Shown in pieces: positions 1-11,223 of a stretch of DNA of 20,000 bases. How positions within the stretch are numbered: position 1 is the first letter of the stretch; each line of letters begins with the position of its first letter. Source of the DNA: Fistulifera solaris (taxonomy: Eukaryota); NCBI GenBank assembly GCA_030295235.1, contig AP026139.1, forward strand, positions 805,956 to 825,955, in the 5' to 3' direction. Position numbers and translations under genes: made by a program. The notes below the pieces were generated by a model. That model had not been told where the DNA came from. It searched no databases and worked only from the letters and a program-made list of their open reading frames with translations.

Positions 1-227
1 TGATTGTCGTAGTGACTCTGTGTTGTGACACAGTGTGACATTTACACGGATAAACTAGCCAGGAGCTAGGAGGAGGAGTCTAAGTCAAAGTGCGAGACTA
101 CCGGTACGTACCAGGTAAGATAGAGTATTGATTTAGACCGCGACGCTTTGTTGAGTAAAATGGCAAAGTTATTACAAGAAAAGCATGCAACTTGCTTTAT
201 ACATTTGGTAACGGCAGTTTATTGACC

Positions 228-2223
228 TTAATCCTCATCAAGGACATCATCTTCATCCCATGTATCTTCAAATTTGGACGCGGCTTCGGCACGAAATGTT
301 TGCAAACCAGATAGTCGCTCCAAGTAGTCTCCATCTTTGCACGCTTGGAGTACCGTAGCATTTTTATCGTTCAGATATGCTTCAATCACGGATCTCGAAC
401 AGGCTGTGCAATAGGTGAAGGCCGGCACCGTAGGTGTCATCATCGTATACGAGACAAGAGATCCACGAATTTGATGAGGTATCAGGCCTAAAGGACTTTC
501 GGAATCAACGGTTGGAGAAAACGGATTCAGTCCGCTTTTTGGTGCCGATGCATTGATGCCATCGGGGTGGTGAAGGAGTGACACCATGAGCTCTACGGCC
601 ATAGAACTGGCAATGGGTGCCAATCCAGGTCGAGTCACCGTACATTGTTGGTCCAAAGTTCGATTTTTCATGGAATTCTCCGGTGCTACGATATCATTAC
701 AAAAATAGCAGCCGAAGCCTCCTCCATGTCGCATCACGAGCCAGCTATCTAGACCGAGCGCCGCGTTGATCATTACCTTATTGTGAGCAGCCGCCATCAC
801 GGTTGGCAACCAGCGCGATTCCCGCGTATCGGTAAGCAGATAAACAACATCGCATTCTTGGATCAGCTGATCCAAGTTTTCGACGGCGTCTTCTTCTACT
901 GCAGCGTGACCGGGCATCGGAATGGATAACTGATGTCCGCGACTCACGACATCAGCAGCGATCTGCCGCAAGGCATCCGCCGCGGCTTCTGCTTTGGGAC
1001 TACCGCCGTCATGACAGTCCTCTAAAGTAAATAACGACTGTCGAACTGGGTTCGAATAACTCACTTTTCCGTAATCCACAAAATCGAAATGTCGAACACC
1101 CCATCCTAGCAAAACGCGTGCAACATTGCATCCAAGAGTACCAGCACCCAAGAGAAGCACGCGTGTGCTCTGAAGCTTATCGACTTGCAACTCAGGAATC
1201 ATGCGCCATTTCATCAGTTTGAGATTCAAATCAGCTGCCTGAATGGCCAAATGTGTCGGGTCTAGCAACGGCTGTAGGTTCATCCACCGCGGCCCGGGCT
1301 TGCCGCGGACGTTTAGCTCCCAACCTGTAGTTCTATATGCAGGCAGAGAATCTGCCTGAGCAGTTTTGAGTCTCCAATTGTAATTATCTTTTGTTGGGAT
1401 TTGTATTTGTACAACAATGCTGTGATCCAACGACGCATCATAATCGTGTGGTTTCGTATGGACGTCCCATCGACGCAGTTGCTGCCCCCGAAAACTCAAA
1501 ATTGATACAGATTTACCACCTAAGTCCAAATGAAAGCATAGGTAGGCAACCAGATTTCGCATAGTCCAGCCCATGGAGGCTGGGCCTTGGGTAACGTCAT
1601 CGAGTTTCTCTGAAAAATCAAGGAATCCAAACAAAGATCGTTTTCTCCGCGTACGGATTCATAATCTGCCAAGGGGACGCATTTCGTTTTCGTAACAATG
1701 AAGCATGGATCTAATCGCCCTTGATTCTTACGCATAAGGTGTAAATTCTCCCAGAATAACGCTTTTTCTTGACCTGTCCAGCCCCACTCCTCTTGCTTCG
1801 ATGCCGTGATACTTTTCCCCGGTACGGGTAACAATGCTGGAATTCCGTACCAATAAAGAATCTTGTGCTGCTTCAAATCCGCAAACGTGATCAGTAATAT
1901 TGTTTGAAGTCGCTTCTCGTCGGAAAAGAAGTGAGGTAAAAATGCTGGTTGAGCAAGTCGTTCTTATCGACTTGTTGAAACGTTTCCATCGTATTGAATC
2001 CGAGTAAAGTCCCTTTAACGCAGATTCGCTCATTTGGAATAAGAGCATCTGATAAAAGAGAAGATTCAGAACACTCGAGCAATCGACTATTGTAGGCAGC
2101 ACGAAAAGAAATAGGATCTTCGCTCAGTTGGATAGTCTCTAGTTTCTGCCGACAATATCGAACCCAAAAGGGAGAATCTGCGGCGGACGAAAATGGCACA
2201 AATTTGACATTCCAGCTTGTCAT
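228..2223 (-). CDS. ATG7: Ubiquitin-like modifier-activating E1 enzyme ATG7, about 665 aa after correcting two 1-nt deletions
   Basis: Three ORF pieces (1891-2223, 1520-1876, 228-1634) join into one protein. Motifs: N-terminal 'FSSAADSPFW', 'ITFADLKQHKILYWYGIP', 'ADLNLKLMKWRMIP', ATP-binding 'LLGAGTLGCNVAR', 'VSYSNPVRQSLF', 'LLTDTRESRWLP', 'GCYFCND', catalytic Cys in 'TLDQQCTVTRPG', 'PHQIRG' and 'CTACS'. Frame breaks map to A5 at 1938-1942 and about 1633-1644. Confidence 0.96.
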
Positions 2224-2811
2224 TCTCGAAGGGTACCAGGTATTGTGATGAAATTGAAAGCAGTTCAAGAAAACTTCATAAAAATAAAAAGAAAAGCTTT
2301 CTTTTTATTGCGAGTGCGATGCGAGAGAAACGATTGACGGACGACGGACTCAGCCATTTCCTCATGACTAAAACTATAATCCAGTCGGGGAAAAGGTCGC
2401 ATACACTTCACGACTACAGTAATTTTTGAAAACATTATCTCCAAACGTTTCTCGGCGCAGAAGGAGGCGAAATGTATTACATATGCATCTTTTCTCTCAA
2501 AGTAACACTATTTCATGAAATTTTTGTATTAAACGCTGGAATTGAAGTCAATGAAATTCTGAATCATTTTGCCAACGGACCAGGCCAAACCCATTCAGTC
2601 TGAATTAGATGACAGTCCCCTTGCTTACAAACTCCAAGTGACCTGGCAATCCGTGTGATCTAGATATCTGGTGATGGGTTGTTTTTGTTCTGTCATAGGG
2701 ATAGGACATGGGCACAATAATCTCCCAGTTTTATTTTTAGTTTGCATCGTTTTGCGTGTTTAGCTACCAGCGACGACAGCGCGTCAAGCGCCACTTAAGC
2801 CAGGTGCTCCC

Positions 2812-4318
2812 CTAATACGATCCTTCCAGCCCTGCGATACTTTTGATGATCAACTTGTACCCTTCATCCAAGGGAATGCTTCGGTCCACAATGGAAGCAC
2901 ATATTTTGGGCATATCAGCATCGATATCCAAGAACTTGCTCAAATAAATGAGCAAATTAAAGTCGGCTAAAAGATCAACGAATGTCCAACCAGCTGTACC
3001 AGACTTGCTCAATTGTCTTCTGAGTGCATCGTGTGTTTGCTGAACATCCAAGCGATTGGGTCGAGGAAAATCTGCTACAAATTGCTCAGACCTGTGTTGC
3101 ACAATTGGAACGACGCAAAGGAAGAAGCTGTTTTCTACCGTTTTGCTTTCTTTGCCCTCTTGAATGGCTGTAAAAGTTTCATTCACATTGCATACCTTCG
3201 GGTCCGGACCCAAAACTAGAGCGCTTTCTGCGACCATAGCCATGCACTGCTGGGACATTTGGAAGGCTTCAACCGATACGGTTCCGTCAGCACCAGGTGC
3301 TACTTTAACGGTTACAAATGGAGTCTCGTTGACTCCATCCGCTGCCTCTAATTGCAATTCGGCGGCCATGATAATCTCTGCCGCTGTCATAACATGATCA
3401 CTGCGGACATCATGCCCGAAAATCCAACCGACTCGTGTCCATCCCAGCATTTCAGCAATCTGATTAACACGTTCTTCATCAGGATCATCCAGCACTTGAA
3501 AACCCTCAGCTGCCTCATTGTCGGGTTCTTGTGGAGGTTCATAAATAGCTTCGACTAAGGCTTTCGTCGGCGGATCATTCTCATGGGCATTATCACTTTT
3601 CTCGAATTTTCCGTACAAATAACCGAATCGATGACGCTTGAATCGGAAGTTTTGTAAATACGCCTGGAAGTTTGAAATCGACGGAATGTCCAGAGATGCT
3701 TGTTTGCAAATAGGATTTTCTTGACGTTGAATTTTGAACTCGAATTGCGAATCTAGAGCCATAAAATCGGCCACTGTCTCGGAGAAAAAGCGACATTCCC
3801 GTTGAAGTGAGAAAACGAGGACTTAGAGGAGGAAGTGCAGGGTAATAGCAGAAATTCAGATACTTACATGTCCAGTGCATCTTCATATCACGCAAAGCCA
3901 TCATGCCTTTTCGAAAGCCTTTATCCTTTTCAGCAGGATGTTCATTCGATGGAACTAAGATTATCGACCCGTCCTTTCCAATAACCCGTCTCATGTTGGT
4001 TTGCTTTGACTTTACCGCATTTTCAGCAGTGTCCTTCAAACTTTCGTCGCTTTCAACAACCGCTTGCGAATTAATTGATTGATCAGCACAAGTTGCTGGA
4101 TCTACGCGACAATACACCATACTTCCGTGAGTCAAAAAGTCTAGATTCACCCCAGCTTCCAAAGGTTGTTCATATGCCGCATCTCGTGACAAGGGCCGCT
4201 CGTACACGACATGAGGCCGTGTAGTAGAAATGCTCTGCAATATACTTCGCACGGTGCAATCGTCGGAGGGGACTTCAACGCGCCATACTCCGACGTTCGA
4301 TCGTACGCGCAACAACAT
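2812..4318 (-). CDS. NPL4: Nuclear protein localization protein 4 (Cdc48/p97-Ufd1 cofactor), 2 exons, 470 aa
   Basis: Exon 1 is 4318-3868, the intron is 3867-3774 (GTAAGT...CAG, 94 nt, phase 1) and exon 2 is 3773-2812. The splice restores 'MHWT-LADFMALD' and the total 1413 nt is divisible by 3. It has a UBL-like start 'MLLRVRSNVGVWRV' and MPN-like motifs 'RFGYLYG', 'VEAIYEPPQE', 'VGWIF', 'EAFQMSQQC' and 'LADFNLLIYL'. Confidence 0.92.
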
Positions 4319-4673
4319 TGTTCTGAAATACCAGCTAAAGTGGTATTTGAGTGTGTATTGAAGAAATAATTACAAAATTGTCTTGAATAACACAACTGTC
4401 GTTCTTTTGCTATATTTCTCATCGATACTTTGTATGCGTCTCTTTGCGAACGAAAAAAAGAGAACCGTGAGGATCTTTGTGCTTCGAACACTTTCTGTCA
4501 CAATCGCGTCGGAACGGTATTCGAAGTAAATTGAAAACGGGTCGCTCTATTGGTACTCGTTAGACGACCCTTGAAGACGATCAGTATCATTAATATTACG
4601 GAGTATTTTTTATAAACTCACCACCCTAGCTCTTGCTTCCTACCGACACAAAATTGCACTGCATGTATCAGAT

Positions 4674-6390
4674 TTAGTGATCAGCATGAAAAGAAGAGAT
4701 CCCCTGACCAAATTTGTCGCCGAGGTGTCGAAAGAACAATTGAACGAGAATGTTAAAAGCTGCAATCACGGACAAATTACGAGGATTTGCTTCCCACTGG
4801 TTCATCGTAAATGTGAAGCCTAAGAACGCCACTCGAACCAATCCAAATATAATAGGCGCGATTCGAATGTTTTTGGTGTCTTTGCATTTACACCGATCCG
4901 AGATGCCTTTTGAACCCAAATGAAGCAAGGTCATCAAATCCAACGTGGCAAAGATGGTTCCCAATGCAATACAAAACAACCGATTCGCCTGATCGCGTAT
5001 TTCATAGAAATCGGCACTGACTTCGGAACCGTCTTCAGCACCTAAATAAGCTAGGTAAAGCGTAAAGACGGCCCCTAACGTGACGAGCGCCATTGAATAG
5101 ATTTGTTGCAGGGCTCCCCACACGATGCCGGTATTTTTCGATCGCCGCAAAGCATGCTGGTTCGCATGATACGGTTGAGACGCAAAATGCAAAAAGTACA
5201 GGAAGATGACCGACAAAACTCCGAATAAAAACGTTGTATAAAATTCTTTGCTTTCATTCGACACGTCCACAATCAGTAAACTCACAATCGATTCTCCGAG
5301 CATCAACATGGTCCACTCGCCATTGCGATGCATGTAGAAGTCAATATGCATAGGGACATTACTAGTAAAAGACGCGGTTCAGACCCGACTAGTGTGACCG
5401 AGCAAACAAACCATGCTAGCAGCCATGTCGAACTTACAATTCTTTGTGTCGCCCGTCGGCAGGAAAGCAAAATAAGATAGTAATCTGCATACAAAGTACG
5501 CTTGCGACGTGTCCAGCGAGCATGAGCCAGATTGGAGCATCTATGATGTACGATGATTCGTCTGTTGTCGTATTACTTTCCTCAACAGCAGCCAAGTCTC
5601 TGTGGTAACTTGAATTGTAAGCGTATGACTCATTTGCGCTTTTAGACAATGATCCGTCATCATCATCCAAATAGTAGTGATATCCAGCCAGTATGGTAGC
5701 AGCAGCAAAGAATGTCGTTTCAATGAGCAAGTATCTCGAAAAGAGACCTTTGGCGGCTTGTTGAATGGCTTGCCGTTGGCCGACCGCGAAATAGTATAAC
5801 TCCATGTTTTGTAGTAAATACAAGATGCGACTGATTGTCATCGACAAAGCAAATCCGAACATACTGAAATCATTCTTTAAATCGGACATGTACTTCTTTG
5901 GACGAATATGCAGGACAGCTGTCGCCAATACTAACAATTCGATTGCTTTGAGGATACGATGCAGGATATCATCTTCCACATTGAACCGACAATGAATAGC
6001 CGCCTTTCGCTCCCAAAATCCCATAACAGGAAAGAATGTTCCCACTGCATACAAAAAAGCCATTCCGATACGGGTCTGATGTCAAAATGTAAGAGACGTT
6101 ATAGGTGGCAGCGACAAAAAATAGATCGAAGAAAAGATTTCCCCAGTCAACTTTCTGTTCGATCTCATCTTCATCCCAGCGCTTAATTTGCCGAGGAGGA
6201 CAATATAACGTCATTCCCTTGAAAGATAGTTCCGTAGGAGCCACGCGTTCAGAAGTAACGACAAAACGCCGCGTGGCCGGGTTGTTGGCGGCGGGGCGAA
6301 TAGGATCGGACGGAACATTTTTTCCAGCTTGCTCGTGTCTTCATACTCCAATTCAAGGCGAAATGCCTCCGAAGCAGTTTGCTCTTGCAT
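4674..6390 (-). CDS. LtrA-like (low temperature requirement A family) multi-pass membrane protein, about 546 aa
   Basis: Motifs 'VDWGNLFFDLFFVAA' and 'HRNGEWTMLMLGESIVSL' resemble the LtrA family, and there are many hydrophobic helices. Intron 5437-5362 (GTAAGT...TAG, 76 nt) gives 'HKEF-NVPMHIDF'. Frame breaks at T6 6318-6323 and A6 6053-6058. The start ATG at 6390 is inferred. Confidence 0.75.
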
Positions 6391-6495
6391 TCCTATCGAC
6401 AGGCGTATGTGGATGTTGAAAAGCTTGCAAAGATAGAACCCTTATTAGACTAGACCTATTCATTCAACACTCGCTTTTGCTGACATGAAGATGCT

Positions 6496-6665
6496 GCACG
6501 CCAAATTTTCTGGACACTTTGAAAACAACAAACACCCATATTTTCTGGACACGCGTGAAAACGCCGCACGCCCATGTCTTCTGGACACTTGGAAATATCA
6601 CACACCCATATTTTCTGGATATGTGAAAGTATCACACCCCCATTTTTTCTGGATACGTGAAAATG
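6496..6665. repeat. Degenerate minisatellite, 5 units of about 34-36 bp, in a divergent intergenic region
   Basis: TTCTGGA recurs at 6508, 6543, 6579, 6613 and 6647. Consensus is approximately CACRCCCATATTTTCTGGAYAYNNTGAAA. Confidence 0.88.
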
Positions 6666-6752
6666 CATTGCTCCATCTTTACCCATTTATTTCCTTTTTT
6701 ATTCGCAGCAAACTCGATGCCTTTGTGCATTCATGTTTCTAATTATTGAAGT

Positions 6753-7322
6753 ATGGTGCGTGAAAATGACCGATGTGTTTTTAATATGCTCATACTACTC
6801 TATTCTTACGAATGGTATGCGCCGAATATTATCGATTAGGCGCCGAAACGCAAGAGACAGCCAGCAGCTCGTCCTCAAGATATTCCGACGGAAATAGAGA
6901 TTACGATTCGTAGCGCTTTGAAAGCTTTACAGAAAGAATCGACACGTAGAAAGATCTCTGATCAGGATATTCAGACTCTTGTGTTCGACCCATTGCAACT
7001 CCAGGACGTAAGTTTGAAAGAAGAAATTATTCAGCAGCACTTAAATAATCAGAAAGACACGATCGATATTCTTTCAGAGCGTATTTGGGAAAGCTATCAG
7101 CAGCAGCAACGTGCAAGGAAAGTATTCTCTTTGCTAGATGAAGCGGGGAAAGGAGTTGTTGTCGTACAAGATTTGCAACGTGTTGCGCAGGAAATGTTGG
7201 AGGAAGAAGTAAACGACGAAGATTTGGAAGAAATGATTCGCGAATTTGATCAATCCGGCGATGGTTTGCTGTATCCTGACGACATTTTGCGGATCGCTCG
7301 ACTGGTGGGTCTTTCTGAGTAG
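6753..7322 (+). CDS. Centrin/calmodulin-like EF-hand protein, about 161 aa
   Basis: C-terminal EF-hand pair 'FSLLDEAGKGVVVVQDL' and 'MIREFDQSGDGLLYPDD' resembles the centrin C-lobe. The frame is open back to 6840 ('APKRKRQP'), preceded by TAG as an acceptor. The ATG at 6753-6755 is followed by a GTGCGT donor (84-nt intron). Confidence 0.75.
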
Positions 7323-7824
7323 ATCATCTCTGCGCCATCACATGAAATCAAAACACTCGTTCAGGATGGTCTTCGGTTACTCCTACTACTACCTTCCGCT
7401 TCAGCGATTTCAACTTCTATGTATCGATTCGATTTCTTCCTTTAGTACGAATGCGGGTAACGTTAATTGTAACTACAAAAAACGTGTATTGCATACTATT
7501 GCTGTCAAGAGAGTTATATGGTTGCCGTCGCTTATAAAAAACGTGTCGTGGGATGGAGCAACATCTTTGCTCTAGCAGAGGTGCAATGCCTACAGAAGGT
7601 CCTCACTTCCTACAAAATCTATCCTTTAAATATGCAGTTGTGACCCAGATAGGAGCGTCGCCACACTTTGAAGATATTGTGATTGAATTAGTTGTAGGTC
7701 GTTACTGATGATAGTTCATTCAGCCTTAATGCCGGCGCTGGCTACAAAGTCCTCTCGGAAACCAAACATCCATGTTGCTACGACACTTCGCATCCTTTAT
7801 CATTTTAGGTATGATTTTAGCTCA

Positions 7825-8831
7825 CTACAGCAGAGTAAATGAAAGACAGGGGGGAATAGGAAAGCTGTCTTGACTCGGAACTGTATGGATCTCTGAAAAG
7901 ACCCTCAGCAACTCGCTCCAAAACAAATCATCGGTATCCCTGCCTCTGGTCTGGTACGATATTAGAACCGTTGTGTTGCGCGTGACATACTTTTCGAGGG
8001 TTTCGAATAACGGCTGCACTAATTCCTTCATCCATACACAGTCGGCCAGAACTATGATCCGTGCATTTTGACTGTCGTCGCTCGGAAATAGATTATCGGG
8101 TGGATGAAACCAGTCGCATGACAACACAGCTGTATCTTTCGGTAGTTGGTTTCGATTGGTTCCTACGTTGCGATGGAGTCTTTCTAATTGATCGGGCAGA
8201 TCTGTCAGGACGAGTCGATCAGCTTTGAAATAAATTGCTGTAGCCATACCCGCCAGTCCGCACCCAGCACCCAATTCAATCACAGTCGCTCTAGATGGAA
8301 GACGCGACAGAAAAGGCAAATAATGTGCCAAAAGCAATGCCCCGTCCCAAACCGTTCCAGCTGTTGTATCAGAGACATTCATATCCTGCTCCAAGCGAAG
8401 AAATGCGGATCCGTGTAACGGAAAAGACCCATCAAACGAGAACCAATGTCCCTGAATTGACAAGAACTCTCCTCTTTGTTTTTGTGAAGATCGATGAACA
8501 CGACAAAAACGGCCTGGGATGACTTGCTCGAAATGATAAGCCATAGGATCTCCGGGTAGCATTTTCCAAAGTTCGTTCAAAGTCGCTACTTTCCGTCTGA
8601 AAATCGCCGGATTTTCGGGAATATCAATTTCCACAACTATCATATTATCATTATAGATCGGTTTCCTTGAAAAATAAGTGACGCGAGGTACATCCCATTT
8701 GCTCTTTGTCAAAGAGGAATCGTCCGCAATAATAAAATCTCTTATTCCGTCGCCTGTAGCATCGTAAGTTTAAATCGTCCCACAGAAACACGACTGGATT
8801 CCCTCTCACGAGACGAGTACATTAGCGTCAT
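7825..8831 (-). CDS. Seven-beta-strand protein-lysine methyltransferase (METTL21/Methyltransf_16-like) with an N-terminal extension
   Basis: 'TAGTVWDGALLLAHYL', SAM motif I 'VIELGAGCGLAG', post-I 'LVLTDL', 'SCDW', motif II 'IIVLADCVW' and 'LISYQTRG'. The start at ATG 8831 needs one frameshift near 8769-8771. The exact C-terminus is uncertain (G6 at 7849-7854). Confidence 0.85.
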
Positions 8832-9218
8832 TATAGGTGTTTTTGCTTTCTACTTTCTTAATTAGCTCTCTAAACGTTCCCAAACTGTTGTCAAATTTCA
8901 ACCATTTATTGAAATACACCCATATGCGAGCGATAAAAGGGAAATTATTATGAATTCAACCGTTTCTGTTCTACCATGACTCAGGTTATCCCTCAACCAT
9001 CGCACGACTTAAATATCCGGGACTGAATTAAAAGCTTCTCTTTGAACACACGCTGCGCTGTGTCACCCCGCACATACTACTTTGTACGTACTGGTAGCAG
9101 TCTTACGATGAGGAAAGTCCTTTGCTATTATCAAATATATTAGGATCACCCATTTCATTTCCTGCATCACTACCTGGTATCAATAATAACGTTATCTTTC
9201 AACAAACTACCATTAACA

Positions 9219-10778
9219 ATGGCAGACTGCAGTGCCGTCGGAACAGCTATCGATCAAACAGCGAGAGCATTACTTTCCGCTAATGCGGCAAAACAGGCTT
9301 CGTCGTTATTAGGACATTGGGGACATGTTAATTCAGCAGTGCCTCTTACCACACCGCAACATCTTATTCTACCGGGCACATCTGTAACGCGAGCAGCGGC
9401 AGCGCCAGTACAGCAGGATGCGTTACCGCAGCAACTCAATTCGCAATCATTTCTTCAGCATCCGCAACAACATCAGCAAACAATACAAGTGCAAATAGCA
9501 CAGCAACAACAGCAACAGCAGATGATACAGATGCAGCAACAGGTTATACAATACAATCTACAATTGCAGCAGCGACAGCAACAAATGCACCTGCAACAGA
9601 ATCAACAAGATCAAGCCAAAGATGCGTTTGAAAGCTGGCATGACGGACTTGATATTCCAGAACAGTGGCGCCACGAATTCGAACAGCACGAAAATATTGG
9701 ACATGAAGGAATTGTAAATCCAGCATCCATTGAGGAATTAGCTTCCGCATGGCAAGAAGCGCAAGCCGAATGGGATGATACGACTCCGGAAGTGGCGAAC
9801 CTATGGACGGGACAAAATGCAGACGAACACATTTCGGTCTATGAGTTTATTCATAAACATCAGCTACAACACGACGCCTCGCCAACTCCTCCACAAGACT
9901 GGATGGAACAAGGGATGCTCGCATTTCAACAAGGAGATCTACCAACTGCAATTCACGCCTTTGAAATGGAGCTGCAACAGAATAACCCCGATCATGCTAC
10001 GGCCTGGCGTATGCTGGGAGCTTGTCACGCCGAGAATGACATGGATGCCTTGGCAATTCAATGTCTGGAACAGGCGGTCGAACGCGACCCTTATTCATCC
10101 TCGGCCTTGCTGGCCTTAGGAGTCAGTTATGTCAATGAATTACAACACGAAAAGGCGTTGGAACATTTGAAAGCCTGGATTACACACAACCCGACCTTTG
10201 CTGGTCTGGAAATACCTGACGATGATGTTTACGGTCCAGCAGAAGGCAATGTCGATGGTATTGGCTCGTTTGACACCGTGCAACAACTGCTATTGGAAGC
10301 CCTTCGTTTTGCTCCAGAAGCCAGTTCAGAAGTGTTGGAGGCCCTGGGAGTTGTTTATAATGTTAGTCGCGATTACGACGCGGCAATCGATTCGTTTCGA
10401 CGGGCCGTCGCTGCTCGACCTGGTGATTACCAGCTTTGGAACAAACTTGGTGCGACGTTGGCAAACTCAAATCGCAGCGAAGAAGCGTTACCAGTTTATC
10501 ACAGAGCTCTGCAGTTGAAGCCGAAGTATGCACGTGCTTGGCTGAATATGGCTATTTCTCATTCGAACTTACAAAATTACGAAGAGGCTGCTCGCTGCTA
10601 TTTGCAAACACTGAGTCTCAACCCCGATGCTATGCACTGCTGGAGTTATTTGAGAATTTCTTTGTCACAGATGGAGCGATGGGATTTAATTCCTTTGGTA
10701 GCCCAGCAAGATCTCCGGGCCTTCCAAGAGAATTTCGATTTTGTTCTCTATGACAATGCCGTCGCTCATGGAAGTTGA
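9219..10778 (+). CDS. PEX5: Peroxisomal targeting signal 1 receptor PEX5, 519 aa
   Basis: Intact ORF. It has an N-terminal Cys ('MADCS'), a WxxxF motif ('WRHEF') and PEX5-type C-terminal TPRs: 'AWRMLGACHAEND', 'ALLALGVSYVNE', 'DYQLWNKLGATLANSNRSEEA' and 'ALQLKPKYARAWLNMAISHSNL'. Confidence 0.95.
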   Translation: MADCSAVGTAIDQTARALLSANAAKQASSLLGHWGHVNSAVPLTTPQHLILPGTSVTRAAAAPVQQDALPQQLNSQSFLQHPQQHQQTIQVQIAQQQQQQQMIQMQQQVIQYNLQLQQRQQQMHLQQNQQDQAKDAFESWHDGLDIPEQWRHEFEQHENIGHEGIVNPASIEELASAWQEAQAEWDDTTPEVANLWTGQNADEHISVYEFIHKHQLQHDASPTPPQDWMEQGMLAFQQGDLPTAIHAFEMELQQNNPDHATAWRMLGACHAENDMDALAIQCLEQAVERDPYSSSALLALGVSYVNELQHEKALEHLKAWITHNPTFAGLEIPDDDVYGPAEGNVDGIGSFDTVQQLLLEALRFAPEASSEVLEALGVVYNVSRDYDAAIDSFRRAVAARPGDYQLWNKLGATLANSNRSEEALPVYHRALQLKPKYARAWLNMAISHSNLQNYEEAARCYLQTLSLNPDAMHCWSYLRISLSQMERWDLIPLVAQQDLRAFQENFDFVLYDNAVAHGS

Positions 10779-11223
10779 TGAAGTCCTCGGACTCTCGCAA
10801 CGCATGCTGTGAATAATGATTCAACGTTTTACCCAAATCCAGTTAGGGGCCATACGTTCATTCTTCAGAAAGCAAACACTTAGACTACTCCGTAACTTAA
10901 AATGCAAGATGCAAGCCTTATTTCACGAGGACGTCTTTCCGCCGATCGTACTTTGTACTCACAACATACGGTGTACTAGGCTAGCTCTTACCGGTACTAA
11001 AAATGTAGAAACTTCCTTATGAAAAACGTAAAGCTGCTGTGTGAAACTCCACCTCAACCTCAAGCCTTTTTGCCTTTTGTTATTCATTCAACGCACCTTT
11101 TGCTGTGACTGCTTTCGACAATAATAACAACAAGCAATATCGCTCTGCAACCCCCAAGACTATTCTTCCAACTTGTTTGTCCTTCATTTAAATAAGCATC
11201 TCCAGCGAAACCGATCGAGCAAG

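Noticed and set aside
228..2223. ATG7 (and the other split genes) as pseudogenes
   Set aside because: Catalytic motifs are intact, there are no nonsense codons in the repaired frames, and the breaks fall in homopolymers, so sequencing error is more parsimonious.
6496..6665. CRISPR-like array
   Set aside because: The period is only about 35 bp in total, the inter-core segments resemble each other rather than being unique spacers, there are no cas genes, and the context is eukaryotic.
7330..7820. Possible gene or ncRNA between the EF-hand and methyltransferase genes (ORF 7246-7575)
   Set aside because: No recognisable protein or RNA motifs; consistent with convergent 3' UTRs.
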